Shown: positions 1-9,746, numbered from the stretch's first letter. The stretch is DNA of 64,000 bases from an uncultured Solirubrobacterales bacterium (GCA_963706605.1 OY970165.1:2175517-2239516), one strand, 5' to 3'. A program made the numbers and translations. Notes: generated by a model from the letters alone, not told the origin.

Positions 1-1
1 G

Positions 2-271
2 GGGGGTCGATCTCGGATCGCGAGCGCACCCGACACCGGATCCCCCGACGAAAATAGTCCGTACGCAATTGGGAAGGTTGGGGCCGACGGCGAGGCCAAC
101 CTGCAGCCCCTTCCGGACTGGTACCCGGACTTCGACGCCATCGCTTACTGCGAGTGGTGTGGCCGGCCCATCCCCGCTCCTCGGGCGCGGTTCTGTAAAC
201 CCGCGCACCGTGCCGCGGCTTGGCGAGCACGGAAGAGCGCTGAACGTGAAGAACCCGGACAGGGAGGTTGA
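2..271 (+). CDS. 3' end of a gene entering from upstream; C-terminal CxxC...FCxxxH zinc-ribbon-like tail, function unknown (phage module)
   Basis: Frame 2 is open from the window edge to TGA 269-271. It is absent from the ORF track because no start lies in the window. Translation ends ...LPDWYPDFDAIAYCEWCGRPIPAPRARFCKPAHRAAAWRARKSAEREEPGQGG. It lies directly upstream of the capsid gene. Confidence 0.4.
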   Translation, partial: GGRSRIASAPDTGSPDENSPYAIGKVGADGEANLQPLPDWYPDFDAIAYCEWCGRPIPAPRARFCKPAHRAAAWRARKSAEREEPGQGG

Positions 272-345
272 AAGATGGAAGTAGGAAACGGGTGCCGCCT
301 CAGAGACACACAGGGACGGCGCTTGGCAAACCCTCAACTTAGGAG

Positions 346-1878
346 TTGAAGATGGCTGGAAGCACCGAACCTCTGCTGGAAACTCGCGTGCAGATGGGGA
401 ACGCCAGCGAAAAGTTGGCAGCAAAGCAACCGGGCATCAAGTCGCTGCGAGAAGGCCGCTACGCCTGCATCCGCAGCTTCGAGGACTACGAGGCGGGTAA
501 AGACTATGTTGGGCCCGATCACCCGGTGCTCCGCATGCACCCAGAGCACTTCGCTCTCTTCGGCACCAGGGCTGCCGAGACCGCCATTAGGTCGGTTTCA
601 AAAAGCGGGAGGCGCCGCGGGAAGACAAGCCGAGCTCAGTTGACCCCGGCCTCGGAAATCCGTAGTAGGGCCCCGTGGGCGCGGAGTGGTGAGCGCCCGG
701 CGTCTCCTCAGATCCGGCGTGCCCGAGTGGTCGATGGGGATGCGATCTATGACCTCTCGACGGTCCGAGGCAACGCTGCCGATACCGCGCCGATGACACG
801 CGAGCTGCGGGACCGAGCTATGCGGGCGATTGAGCGGGCACGCTTCCCGCATGGCCGAGCCAACCCCGACTCAATCCGCGATCATCTCGCGGGGTTGATC
901 GATTCGACCGACGATGACAAAGGCAATCTCTGTCGTCATCTGCTGCTCACGGGGAGCCCTGAGTACCGGACACTCTTTGCGAAAGCAGCAGAAGGCAAGA
1001 TGCTTTCCGCGGGAGAGAAGCGGGCTCTATCGCTGGATAGCGCGAGCGCAGGCTTCTTGGTCCCGTTCACCTTGGACCCAACCATTGTTCCTACCTCCAG
1101 CGGGGTGATCAACCCACTGCGTGCTATCTCGCAAACCGGGACGACCCTGACCGACATTTGGCAAGGCGTCACTTCCGATGGGATCAGCGCGGGCTATGGG
1201 GCTGAAGGCAGCGAAGCCGAAGACGACGCACCAACCCTCGATCGGCCCGAACTTGACATGGCCAAAGCCGACGCCTGGATCCCCGCTGCTTTCGAGATGG
1301 GTCAGGACTGGAGCGGCCTCGAGCCGGCAATCGCCGCATTGCTCCAGCGCTCCAAGGACGAACTGGAGGCGTCGAAGTTTCTCACTGGCGATGGTGAAGA
1401 GGAGCCGTTCGGTCTATTGACCGGTGCCACCGAAATCAAAGAAACGGCGACCAAAGAAGTTCTCGCCGAGGTCGACCTAGAGACGGTCGAAGAAGCACTC
1501 CCCGTGGGCTTTCTGGAACAAGCGCAGTGGCTCGGCAATCGATCAATTTTCAAGAAGATCCGTCATCTCCCTGTAGAAGGAGGCGCTCCGATCTGGGTCA
1601 AGTTCCCAGGGGAGAAGCCGGAGATCAACGGCATCACCGCCAACGAAATCTCCACGATGGATGCGACGTTGGCCGGCGGCAAAAAGGTTTTGATCCTCGG
1701 CGACTTCAGCTACTTCCTGATTGTCGATCGGATTGGGATGAGCATTCAGTTCATCCCCGAGATTCCTGGTTCGACCGGCCGTCCCACCGGCCAAGTCGGG
1801 ATCTTCGCGATGTGGCGCAACAGCTCGAAGGTGCTCAGCAAAAAAGCTTTCTGCGTGCTGAAGGTTAAGGCGAGCTGA
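346..1878 (+). CDS. Phage major capsid protein, HK97-like fold, with ~200-aa N-terminal (delta/scaffold-like) extension
   Basis: 510-aa ORF with AGGAG just upstream of the ATG. The C-terminal ~300 aa read like HK97-family capsids (LSLDSASAGFLVPFTLDPTIV, LGNRSIFKKIRHL, KKVLILGDFSYFLIVDRIGMSIQFIP, GIFAMWRNSSKVL). Confidence 0.8.
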   Translation: MKMAGSTEPLLETRVQMGNASEKLAAKQPGIKSLREGRYACIRSFEDYEAGKDYVGPDHPVLRMHPEHFALFGTRAAETAIRSVSKSGRRRGKTSRAQLTPASEIRSRAPWARSGERPASPQIRRARVVDGDAIYDLSTVRGNAADTAPMTRELRDRAMRAIERARFPHGRANPDSIRDHLAGLIDSTDDDKGNLCRHLLLTGSPEYRTLFAKAAEGKMLSAGEKRALSLDSASAGFLVPFTLDPTIVPTSSGVINPLRAISQTGTTLTDIWQGVTSDGISAGYGAEGSEAEDDAPTLDRPELDMAKADAWIPAAFEMGQDWSGLEPAIAALLQRSKDELEASKFLTGDGEEEPFGLLTGATEIKETATKEVLAEVDLETVEEALPVGFLEQAQWLGNRSIFKKIRHLPVEGGAPIWVKFPGEKPEINGITANEISTMDATLAGGKKVLILGDFSYFLIVDRIGMSIQFIPEIPGSTGRPTGQVGIFAMWRNSSKVLSKKAFCVLKVKAS

Positions 1879-2172
1879 GCGTGTCACAGATTTCCGAAAA
1901 GAGTTTCCAACGAGGCGGAGCTTCTCAGTTCCGGGCCCACCCTCGGGCATCGACTGACGGTTCGGTGCTGGAAAGTGGAAGCACGGCTCTAAGTCCTCTG
2001 CTTCCAACAGCGGTCGACCACTGCCCTCGCCGTGATGGCACTTCGCGGCGCCCGCGGCGGGGGCAGAAGGTTAAAAAGGGGGGGTACCCCTCGATGTCTG
2101 GCCGCTCGCCGCGCGACACCGGCTCCGCCCTCGTCGCGAAAAAAAGAGCGATCTGAAGGGGGGCGGGTCTGA

Positions 2173-2553
2173 GTGGCTGCCACGAAATTCCTCACAGAGA
2201 CCCGCCAGGCGATCGTTGACCTAGTCAGTGACGGCCTCTGCCTGAAAGACGCAGCGCGGGTGGCTGACGTCCGTGAGAAGACCTTGAAGGGCTGGCTCAC
2301 CCGAGGGCGCAAAGAAGCCAGCGGCTCGTATCGGGAATTTGCTGACGCGATTGACGTGGCGCGGCGGGAGGCAGAAGCGCGCGAGAAGCCGATGGACCGA
2401 GACGAGCTGAAGCTGGTTGTTTCGCGGGCCGCCAAGAATGGATCGGTAGCCGCTCAGAAGCTCTACTGGAAAATCCTGCACAGGGGTACCTCTTCGCCAG
2501 GGACATCGAACGACGCCTTCGCAGGGCTCGACGACGCGAGCCGGGAGAGCTGA
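2173..2553 (+). CDS. Small helix-turn-helix protein, terminase-small-subunit-like
   Basis: GTG start. LVSDGLCLKDAARVADVREKTLKGWLTRGRKEASGSYREFADAIDVARREAEAR matches the pattern of phage TerS-type N-terminal HTH proteins. The stop overlaps the next start (TGATG). Confidence 0.5.
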   Translation: MAATKFLTETRQAIVDLVSDGLCLKDAARVADVREKTLKGWLTRGRKEASGSYREFADAIDVARREAEAREKPMDRDELKLVVSRAAKNGSVAAQKLYWKILHRGTSSPGTSNDAFAGLDDASRES

Positions 2554-5273
2554 TGTCCGGGCCCTCCAGCAGCATCGACGTCTTCCTGAAATTACATGGC
2601 CAGAGGGCCTTCAAAAAGGAAGTCGCTGCTTCGGGCGCCGAGCTGGAGGCGATGGGGCTGAAGGGCGCCAAAGCAGTGGCGGCCTTTGCCAACTCGGGTG
2701 AGAAGCTGAAGAAGTTCGGCAAATCCTGGACCCATCATGTGACCCTGCCAATGGTCGGATTGGGCATTGTCGCGGGGAAGATGGCAGTCGACTTTCACCA
2801 GTCGATGTCGCTCATCCAGACGCAGGCCGGCGCCTCGGCCAAGGAAACGCACTTCCTCGAAAAGTCGGTGTTGGGGATGGCGAAGGCATCGAAGTTCGGG
2901 CCGAATGAACTAGCAGAGGCACTCTTCCGGGTTCGCTCCGCCGGCTTCAAAGCGAAGCAAGCTATGGATGTACTCGGCCAAGGGAAAAACCTCGCCACGA
3001 TGGGGGGAAGCGACCTCGAGATGACGACCAAAGCCCTGACGGGCGCTGCGAAGTCGCTCGGGAAGGAGAAGTTGGGCCAGCTCCGAGGGCTGGCCGCGGA
3101 AATGAACGCCATCGTCGGCACCGGCGACATGCGGATGGAAGAACTCCAAGAGGCGTTGTCGACGGGCGTGCTCCCGGCGTTTGTAAGCGCCGGGCTTGGT
3201 ATGCGTGACTACGGCTCAGCGCTCACCGTGATGACCGATCGCAATGTCCCTGCGGTTGTCGCCTCAATGCGGCTCCGTACCGCGATCTCGATGCTGGTTC
3301 CTCACACCAAGAAAGCAGAAGAAGCCCTCGGTGCGGTTGGAATCAAATCCGAAGACATGGCCGACATCATGCGCAAAAAGGGCTTGCCGCAGACGATCAA
3401 ATTCCTCGCAGATCACCTAGACAAGCTCTCTAAGAACAAGGCCAACAGGACGATGATCGAAGCATTCGGAGGTGCAAAATCGAGCGCCACGATCGAGATG
3501 CTCGTCCAGAACGTCAGCGAATTGCCCGAAAAATGGGACCTCATCGCCAGAGGTGTTGGCAAATACAACCATCAGCTCAAGATCGCCGAAGAACAGCCGG
3601 GGACGAAACTCGCCACGGCGTGGTCGAGCGTGCAGGTCTCGCTCATCGAACTGGGAGACACCTTGCTCCCCGCCGCGGTGCCGGCGTTCGAAAAACTGAC
3701 TACAGCGGCGGTCGGATTCGGCCATGTGTTTACTGGGCTGCCGTCCAATGTCCAGGCTGCCACGCTGGGGCTGCTGGTCCTCACTGGGCCGGTGGCGAGC
3801 GGGCTGGGATATTTCGCATCAGGTATGGGGCGTGCGCTCGTCCTTACGAAAAAGCTGGCCCTGGCCGGCAAAGATATTCAGGCCTTTTCCTGGGCGATGC
3901 AGAACGGTCAGACGATGGCGGGCGCGTCTGCATATGCATTCCAAGGTTCAGGGGTTGCCGCTGCCGCACAGGTTGCCAAGGGATTTGCCTACAGCATTGG
4001 CCCCATGCTGGCGGCCTATGGGATAGCGAATATCGCCATCTCTGGCAGTGAAGGCCAATGGGCGGACGCCGGATTCAAGGCCGGGGGCGCACTGGTTGGC
4101 GGAATCCTCGGGTCTGTTATTCCGGGTGGCACCCTGATTGGCGCTGGTCTCGGCTCGGTTATAGGCGGCAAACTGGCCGACCAGCTCAACGAAGCCGGAG
4201 TCTTCGGCCAGCGCTATACCCCGCTCGTCCGACGGATTGCTCTTGGCTCAAAAGAAGCGACTTACTGGTTTGGTGAACAGAAGTTGGCCTCGCAGGCTCT
4301 CGCGGGGGCCGAAGGTCGACTCGTAGCAGCCCACCATCGTCAGCATTCGGCCATAGCCGGCGTCAAAGACGCCCAGGCGCATCTCACCGCGATGGTGAGG
4401 AAATACGGAGCTGGGGCTCGCCCAGTCATTCGAGCGGAAGGGACGCTCGCACAGAAGCGCTGGGGGGTCGCCAAAGCCACGCAGGCAATCCACGACAAGG
4501 AAAAGCTTCGTGGGATCGCCCTTGCAGGCGCGAAAGCTGACTTCCGTTGGTCGATCGCCACTGAGAAAGAACAGATTCACCTTCTGGGTCTCAGAGCTAA
4601 GCGCCTAGGTCATCTCTTGCACTACGAACAGTTTCATGGCGCAAGCCGGGAACGACTCGGAGAAATCGGCAAGCGGATCGGCAACGTTCTTGGAGCCCTC
4701 CATGGCGAAGAACGCAAGCTGAAAATTACGGGAGGAAACGCCGCGAAACAGGTCGGCGAGAAATGGGCCAACACGATGCTCAACATGAGCACGGTGATGT
4801 TGAAGTTTGAAACCCGCCCGTTCGAAACGAAACTTGATCACCTGGGCGAAAACCCTGGGCCAAAAAAGCTATCCGAAGGCTTTAAGGAAATGAGTAAACA
4901 GACCAGTGGCTTGCTCAAACACTTCACCGGCATGGTGGAAGAAGCCAACCAGCAGGCCCAGGAACTCGAAAGCCGAAGCCTTCCAAGCTTCGAAGCTTTC
5001 CCGGGCCTGGTTCCCAAACGACATCGATCCCCGCACCACGGCAGGGGCAGAGGGCATATGCCCGCAGGTCCCCAGCGCACCAATCGGCAACCAAGACGGC
5101 GCGACATGCTGGCGATCCCTGCGCCCAAGAGGAACCAGCTAACTACGAGTGGGGGACTGGCTGGGCAACTGGGCAACTTCGAGATCAACCTCCACCAACC
5201 GATCGAACTCGACGGCAAGGTGATTGCCGAGAGCGTCACTCGTCATGCAGCAAAGTCCGCTTCCAGGAACTAG
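2553..5273 (+). CDS. Phage tail tape measure protein (TP901-family core)
   Basis: 906 aa. The N-terminal region LIQTQAGASAKETHFLEKSVLGMAKASKFGPNELAEALFRVRSAGF...DLEMTTKALTGAAKSLG is typical of tape-measure core domains. It also has a central Gly/Ala-rich hydrophobic block and a long helical C-terminal half. Confidence 0.8.
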   Translation: MSGPSSSIDVFLKLHGQRAFKKEVAASGAELEAMGLKGAKAVAAFANSGEKLKKFGKSWTHHVTLPMVGLGIVAGKMAVDFHQSMSLIQTQAGASAKETHFLEKSVLGMAKASKFGPNELAEALFRVRSAGFKAKQAMDVLGQGKNLATMGGSDLEMTTKALTGAAKSLGKEKLGQLRGLAAEMNAIVGTGDMRMEELQEALSTGVLPAFVSAGLGMRDYGSALTVMTDRNVPAVVASMRLRTAISMLVPHTKKAEEALGAVGIKSEDMADIMRKKGLPQTIKFLADHLDKLSKNKANRTMIEAFGGAKSSATIEMLVQNVSELPEKWDLIARGVGKYNHQLKIAEEQPGTKLATAWSSVQVSLIELGDTLLPAAVPAFEKLTTAAVGFGHVFTGLPSNVQAATLGLLVLTGPVASGLGYFASGMGRALVLTKKLALAGKDIQAFSWAMQNGQTMAGASAYAFQGSGVAAAAQVAKGFAYSIGPMLAAYGIANIAISGSEGQWADAGFKAGGALVGGILGSVIPGGTLIGAGLGSVIGGKLADQLNEAGVFGQRYTPLVRRIALGSKEATYWFGEQKLASQALAGAEGRLVAAHHRQHSAIAGVKDAQAHLTAMVRKYGAGARPVIRAEGTLAQKRWGVAKATQAIHDKEKLRGIALAGAKADFRWSIATEKEQIHLLGLRAKRLGHLLHYEQFHGASRERLGEIGKRIGNVLGALHGEERKLKITGGNAAKQVGEKWANTMLNMSTVMLKFETRPFETKLDHLGENPGPKKLSEGFKEMSKQTSGLLKHFTGMVEEANQQAQELESRSLPSFEAFPGLVPKRHRSPHHGRGRGHMPAGPQRTNRQPRRRDMLAIPAPKRNQLTTSGGLAGQLGNFEINLHQPIELDGKVIAESVTRHAAKSASRN

Positions 5274-5285
5274 ATAGAGGAGAGA

Positions 5286-5606
5286 ATGACAATGACGGAT
5301 CCCAAGTGGAACCTCGCTGACTTTCGTAGACGCTTTCCTGGCGTGAATAGAAGGGCAACACGCGCCATGCTCGACATCTGCAATGCGGCGATCAGAAATG
5401 GCCTTACTCGCGAGGAGGTTGCGGATGTCCTCACGGGTCTTTCGGCGGGCCATCCCGGCGGGGGTATCCCAACCGATGTTCTTATTGGAGCCCTTGCTCA
5501 ACGCGCCTTTCCCATCAGCGAGGGTGAGCGCGAGGCCCTCAACCTTCCCACGGCAACGGAGATCGCTCGAGAGGCGATCGATTCTGTTGACGCCCCGCTG
5601 ACCTAG
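5286..5606 (+). CDS. Hypothetical protein (phage-like element)
   Basis: 106-aa ORF immediately after the tape measure, with GAGGAGAG upstream. No recognisable motif. Confidence 0.4.
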   Translation: MTMTDPKWNLADFRRRFPGVNRRATRAMLDICNAAIRNGLTREEVADVLTGLSAGHPGGGIPTDVLIGALAQRAFPISEGEREALNLPTATEIAREAIDSVDAPLT

Positions 5607-5616
5607 CCAATGAGCA

Positions 5617-6285
5617 CTAGCTCCCGTGGTCGAATACATAGACCATCCGATCCCCGAAGCGATTTCGGCAGCGGACACTCTCATGGCCGTAGAGGGGCTG
5701 TTCGCTCCCCGGCGGGGAGTGCCGGACCTGAACATGGGTGTGGCAACTGAAGCTGTGAATTACGAAGCCGAGTTCTTCCCGCCCTCCTCGTTCGTAGCGG
5801 AAGGCCTTCGGTGGAGAGAGACGCGAGTGGAGGGCCATCCAGGCATGGACTGCGCTAGCGATCCCCGCTGCCCAGCCGCACGGCAGGCCGAGTGCGGACA
5901 ACCGTATCGGCACACCGTTGTCCCGCCCCTGGAGTCCGTGGTGGCTGCACTGCTTCCATCGGCGCGACTGGCCGGGGCTGACCAGAAGACCTGGCGTAGA
6001 CCAGTGCGCCGAGCGCCACTGGTCGCTATCGGGTTCCGCGATGGCTTCCCCGACACGGACCTTGCCATGCCAGATGAAGCGAAACTCGCAGTTGAGCCCA
6101 GCGGCCACCTGGTTGTTGCCTGGGCAGTTCGCAAAGAGGCGGGAGGCTCCGGGCCACTGCTCTCGAACCTTCGCTGCTATCGCGGCATCGGCAGCTGGGA
6201 ATCCCTGCGCAGTTGCTCCCACGGGCCAGGCAAGGGCAGCAGCAGTAAGGGCTGCGACGCCGAGGCGGGTCACGCTCGCACGCAC
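5617..6285 (-). CDS. Secreted hypothetical protein (signal peptide)
   Basis: Trimmed from ORF 5617..6486 to the GTG at 6285, because the upstream part overlaps the wHTH gene in another frame. The N-terminus VRASVTRLGVAALTAAALAWPVGATAQG looks like a Sec signal peptide. Confidence 0.4.
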   Translation of the reverse strand: MRASVTRLGVAALTAAALAWPVGATAQGFPAADAAIAAKVREQWPGASRLFANCPGNNQVAAGLNCEFRFIWHGKVRVGEAIAEPDSDQWRSAHWSTPGLLVSPGQSRRWKQCSHHGLQGRDNGVPIRLSALGLPCGWAAGIASAVHAWMALHSRLSPPKAFRYERGGREELGFVIHSFSCHTHVQVRHSPPGSEQPLYGHESVRCRNRFGDRMVYVFDHGS

Positions 6286-6292
6286 CGTGGAG

Positions 6293-6511
6293 TCATATAC
6301 GGCATGCTCGCCCCTCGCTATCGAATGCAACCAAGCGGCAGGCCACCAGCACGCGGACATGGTAGCCAGCGAGCGCCGTCTCCAGGCCAAACGCTCGCGC
6401 CAGGTTATCCAGCGATACCGGCTTCTCCGCGGCAGCGATGCGTTGTTGCAGTGTTGCCCGGATCGGGTGGTGGAGAGCACGGACAAGCGCTCGGGAACCT
6501 CGCAGGCCCAT
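6293..6511 (-). CDS. ArsR-like winged-helix transcriptional regulator
   Basis: 72 aa. LHHPIRATLQQRIAAAEKPVSLDNLARAFGLETALAGYHVRVLVACRLV fits the ArsR/SmtB wHTH pattern. It is divergent from the XRE gene. Confidence 0.5.
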   Translation of the reverse strand: MGLRGSRALVRALHHPIRATLQQRIAAAEKPVSLDNLARAFGLETALAGYHVRVLVACRLVAFDSEGRACRI

Positions 6512-6611
6512 ATCGGGAACTCCCTTCTAGCTCAATCGGAATAGATCGGTCTAGGTACCCTATGACAATCTGGCAGGTTGCGATACGGGAGGCGCGGCGA
6601 ACCTGCGCAAA
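6512..6611. promoter_or_regulatory. Divergent intergenic 'switch' region between the wHTH (-) and XRE (+) regulators
   Basis: 100-bp segment of lower GC between two divergent regulator genes, carrying CTAG-containing repeats (ctagctcaatcggaatagatcggtctag). Promoters are inferred from the geometry only. Confidence 0.3.
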
Positions 6612-6839
6612 GTGCCCGCCCGTTCCGACACCCCTCCCGCTGCTTTCGCTGCCAACGTCGAGCGCATCCGGCAGAAGCGCGGACTCACTCAGGAGCAGCT
6701 GGGGTGGGCGTCGGGCATCCACCAGACGGCCGTCGCTCGGATCGAGAGCGGCGAGCGCAAACCGACGCTCGAAACGGTCTTCAAGCTCGCGCGTGGGCTG
6801 GAGGTTCCTCCCGCCGAGCTGTTTGCCGGGATCGACTGA
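6612..6839 (+). CDS. XRE (Cro/CI) family HTH transcriptional regulator
   Basis: 75 aa. NVERIRQKRGLTQEQLGWASGIHQTAVARIESGERKPTLETVFKLARGLEVPPAELF is a canonical HTH_3 sequence. Confidence 0.8.
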   Translation: MPARSDTPPAAFAANVERIRQKRGLTQEQLGWASGIHQTAVARIESGERKPTLETVFKLARGLEVPPAELFAGID

Positions 6840-7064
6840 GCGCCAAGCGCAGCCAGCCAGCCTTGACGCGCTGCTGCCTGCGGGTGTAGCCTCGCGAGCA
6901 ATAAGCGGGGCCGGCGTGCGGAAACACCCGGCCCCTGGCGCTCGGCTCAGTCAGACCAGGCCGAACGCGAGGGGAAGGGTACCCATGTTGGCGGCCTCGG
7001 AAAAGCGGCCCCCGGCGGCGTTGGCGCGCCAACCGAGGGCCTGACCACCGGGAGGTCTTTCCCA

Positions 7065-7409
7065 ATGGCTAGAAAAAATGATCCAACCAATGGCGGCGGA
7101 ACCATCGCGGCCCTTCGGAAGGCGCTGGGGCTAATGCACGGTTCGGCTGCGCAGCTCTACGACATCGCGGAAGGGCTGGATGGGGAGACGCAGGAGGCGA
7201 TCGAGGTGATCGCCGGGGACCTTGACAGCGGGCAGTCCGGGATCCGCCACAAGCACCTCGCGCAGTTGACGATCCCAGGCGACTACATCGAGGCGTTCCG
7301 CCAAGGGTTGCTGCGCGAACTGAAGTTCAACGGCGACTGGTTGGCAGAGCAAGCCGCCGAGGCCAACGAGGGCCGAGCGCAGGCCGAGCGCGAGGCGGTG
7401 GCTGCCTGA
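7065..7409 (+). CDS. Hypothetical protein (phage early-region style)
   Basis: 114-aa ORF. The stop overlaps the next start (TGATG). Confidence 0.45.
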   Translation: MARKNDPTNGGGTIAALRKALGLMHGSAAQLYDIAEGLDGETQEAIEVIAGDLDSGQSGIRHKHLAQLTIPGDYIEAFRQGLLRELKFNGDWLAEQAAEANEGRAQAEREAVAA

Positions 7410-7831
7410 TGGCGCGCAAGCTGACCGTTGAGCAAGCCGATTTGCTCGCCGAGCACGTCGCATGGAAGTTCGAGGGGGAGACGGAGAGATGCGGGTCTCC
7501 CGAGGCGGTTCTCAAGGCCGCCGAGGTTGTGGCTCCCTTGATCGACCTCATCCGTAGCCTTGTCGAGCGTCGGGAGTTCGACGACAGGGAGCTGGTCGCG
7601 AAGTTTGCGGCCGAGTGGCTAGGCCACACCGGGGCAACCGTGGGTTCCGAAAGCGAAGGCTTGGAGCACATTCGCGAGGGCAACCAGGATTACTTCTTCT
7701 GCGAGGGAGGCCAGGCGGGGAGCGAACAGGCCGCTGAAAGGCAGATCGCGGAATATGTCGCCGAGTCGCGCATGTGGCGAGAAATCCTCGACACGGCGAA
7801 TGGTCGTCGGGCCGAGGCGGTGAGCGCCTGA
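7409..7831 (+). CDS. Hypothetical protein
   Basis: 140-aa acidic ORF. It ends ...AVSA with the TGATG junction. Confidence 0.45.
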   Translation: MARKLTVEQADLLAEHVAWKFEGETERCGSPEAVLKAAEVVAPLIDLIRSLVERREFDDRELVAKFAAEWLGHTGATVGSESEGLEHIREGNQDYFFCEGGQAGSEQAAERQIAEYVAESRMWREILDTANGRRAEAVSA

Positions 7832-8022
7832 TGGAACACCTGACGCCCGAGGAACAGCGAAAGATCAACGTGCTCGCCGTCGCGCTGCGCGAAGTCGAGC
7901 ATGGGTGCCCCGGCCTTTCCTCGCCCTGCCAACGCGCGGTCGAGACCGTCGCCAGGATGATGGCTAGACGTGAGGACCGGCGGGCGCCTGCGTCTCGACC
8001 TCTGAGGGCGGTGAGCGCCTGA
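7831..8022 (+). CDS. Hypothetical small protein
   Basis: Start trimmed to ATG 7831 (MEHLTPEEQRKINVLAVALREVEHG...) within ORF 7774..8022. The junction sequence at its 5' end is identical to the one at its 3' end. Confidence 0.35.
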   Translation: MEHLTPEEQRKINVLAVALREVEHGCPGLSSPCQRAVETVARMMARREDRRAPASRPLRAVSA

Positions 8023-8246
8023 TGGCTATCCAAGTTGTGCCCGCCCCGGCCCCGGTCCCCTCGCCCCCCGAGCAGTCGGATGCACGGCATCGGGTGGAGC
8101 TCGCAGAAGCCCTCGTGGCAATACGACGCGCATCGGTCTCACCGCTTCTGCCGGATCACGCCCAGGCAGTAGTGGGAGCAACGGCATCCCTGCTCGAATT
8201 GTTCGCGCCGAGTTCGGTGTTGACCCTCATAGGGGACGAGAGCTGA
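8022..8246 (+). CDS. Hypothetical small protein
   Basis: 74-aa ORF, translationally coupled on both sides (TGATG). Confidence 0.35.
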   Translation: MAIQVVPAPAPVPSPPEQSDARHRVELAEALVAIRRASVSPLLPDHAQAVVGATASLLELFAPSSVLTLIGDES

Positions 8247-8437
8247 TGGCCCCCCACAAGTCAGAGGAGGGGAAGCTCAAGGAGGTGGCCCGACGCATGG
8301 TGGAGTTTTCCTGCCGCGAGCAAGGGCTGGAGGTGCAGATCACCGATCCGGTCGTCATCGGGAAGGTCGCAGCGATCTTGCGGCCTGATTCAAATGCGCC
8401 ACGTGGGTACCACAAAAGCGGCAAGGGAAGGGGGTAG
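8246..8437 (+). CDS. Hypothetical small protein upstream of integrase (possible excisionase-type position)
   Basis: 63-aa ORF ending 3 nt before the integrase start. No motif recognised. Confidence 0.3.
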   Translation: MAPHKSEEGKLKEVARRMVEFSCREQGLEVQITDPVVIGKVAAILRPDSNAPRGYHKSGKGRG

Positions 8438-8439
8438 CG

Positions 8440-9666
8440 ATGGCCGAGGGAATCCGAAAGCTGCACTCGAAGGGGTGCCCCGCGAAGCAAGGCCAGCGCT
8501 GCCGCTGTAACGCAGGCTACGAGGCGTCGGTCTACTCATCGCGGGAGGGCCGGAAGGTCCGCAAGACCTTCAAGCGGGAAGCCGAGGCGAAGTCCTGGCG
8601 CTCTGAAGCGAAGAGAGCGCTCGATCAGGGCAGCTTGCGTCCGACTGCGCGTGATGGGCGGACGCTGGGCGAGGCGCTGCAGGCATTTGTTGAGGGCATG
8701 CAGACCGGCGCGATCCATCCCAAGGGCCGCGAGCGCTACAAGCCGAACACGATCCGTTCTTATGAGAGGGCGCTGAGGGTCCATATTGCGCCCTCGCAGG
8801 TCGCGCGGATCAAGGTGGGGGAGGTACGGCGCCGGGATCTCAAGGGCCTCGCCGGCGAGCTGCTCGCAGCCGACCTGTCGGCGCGCACCGTCAGCAACGT
8901 CCTTAACCCGATCCAGGCCTTCTACCGCTGGGCGATTGACGCTGACGAGCTGGTCTACAACCCGGCCGAGGGGATTGACCTCCCGACCGGCCAATCGAAG
9001 CGCCCGAAACGCATTGCGACGCCGAAGGAAGCCGCAGCCCTGATCGCTGCGCTTGAGGTAGAGGATCGGCCGCTCTGGGCAACCGCCTTCTATGCTGGCC
9101 TGCGCCGCGGTGAGCTGCAGGCTCTTCGAGCCTGTGACGTCGACCTCGGTGCGAGCCTGATCCACGTCGAGCGCGGTTGGGATCAGGTAGAGGGGGCGAT
9201 CGACCCGAAGTCCACCGCAGGGCGCCGCAGGGTGCCCCTACTGGCCATCCTGCGTGACTATTTGGACGAGCACCTGTTGAGGACTGGCCGGAGCGGGGAA
9301 GACCTCGTATTCGGCCGCACGCCGGAGCACGCCTTCTATGCCTCGACCATCGACGGCCGCGCCAAGCGTGCCTGGGAGGCCGTGAACAAGGCCGAGAGAG
9401 AGGCGGCAGAGCCCGAGGACCGCGAGCCGGAGCTGCTCCACCCGCCACATCTACACCTGTGCCGCCACACGTTCGCCAGTCTGCTGATCGATTCAGGGGC
9501 GAACGCGAAAGCCATTCAGGAGTTCATGGGGCACTCCAAGATCCAGACGACCTATGACGTGTACGGGCACCTGCTCCCCGGCAGTCATGACGAGGTGCGC
9601 GAGCGCATGGACGCTTACTTGCTCGGCAGCGTTGAGGACGCCGAGCAAGCCCGCCAGGCTGCGTAG
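8440..9666 (+). CDS. int: Tyrosine-type site-specific integrase
   Basis: 408 aa. It has a SAM-like core-binding region (IRSYERALRVHIAP...) and a catalytic domain with ...GLRRGELQALR..., LCRHTFASLLIDSGANAKAIQEFMGHSKIQTTYDVYGHLLPG (the R..HxxR..Y signature). Confidence 0.9.
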   Translation: MAEGIRKLHSKGCPAKQGQRCRCNAGYEASVYSSREGRKVRKTFKREAEAKSWRSEAKRALDQGSLRPTARDGRTLGEALQAFVEGMQTGAIHPKGRERYKPNTIRSYERALRVHIAPSQVARIKVGEVRRRDLKGLAGELLAADLSARTVSNVLNPIQAFYRWAIDADELVYNPAEGIDLPTGQSKRPKRIATPKEAAALIAALEVEDRPLWATAFYAGLRRGELQALRACDVDLGASLIHVERGWDQVEGAIDPKSTAGRRRVPLLAILRDYLDEHLLRTGRSGEDLVFGRTPEHAFYASTIDGRAKRAWEAVNKAEREAAEPEDREPELLHPPHLHLCRHTFASLLIDSGANAKAIQEFMGHSKIQTTYDVYGHLLPGSHDEVRERMDAYLLGSVEDAEQARQAA

Positions 9667-9720
9667 CTGCTGTCTGGCTGGCGAACGAACTGGCGAACGC
9701 CCCTAGCTGGCCCGCGATCA

Positions 9721-9746
9721 ACTTCCGCGTCATTTGACGCGGAAGT
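9721..9746. repeat. Perfect 12-bp inverted repeat (hairpin) downstream of int
   Basis: ACTTCCGCGTCA-TT-TGACGCGGAAGT, read directly. Confidence 0.8.

Noticed and set aside
69-284. ORF 69..284 (+) from the track.
   Set aside because: An alternative frame is open from the window edge to 271 and encodes a sensible zinc-ribbon C-terminus. The 71-aa track ORF is Pro/Arg/Thr-rich with no features.
1881-2156. ORF 1881..2156 in the gap between the capsid and the TerS-like gene, considered as a missing head-tail connector.
   Set aside because: The translation is Arg/Ser/Pro-rich and low-complexity, with no start context. I treat the gap as non-coding or decayed.
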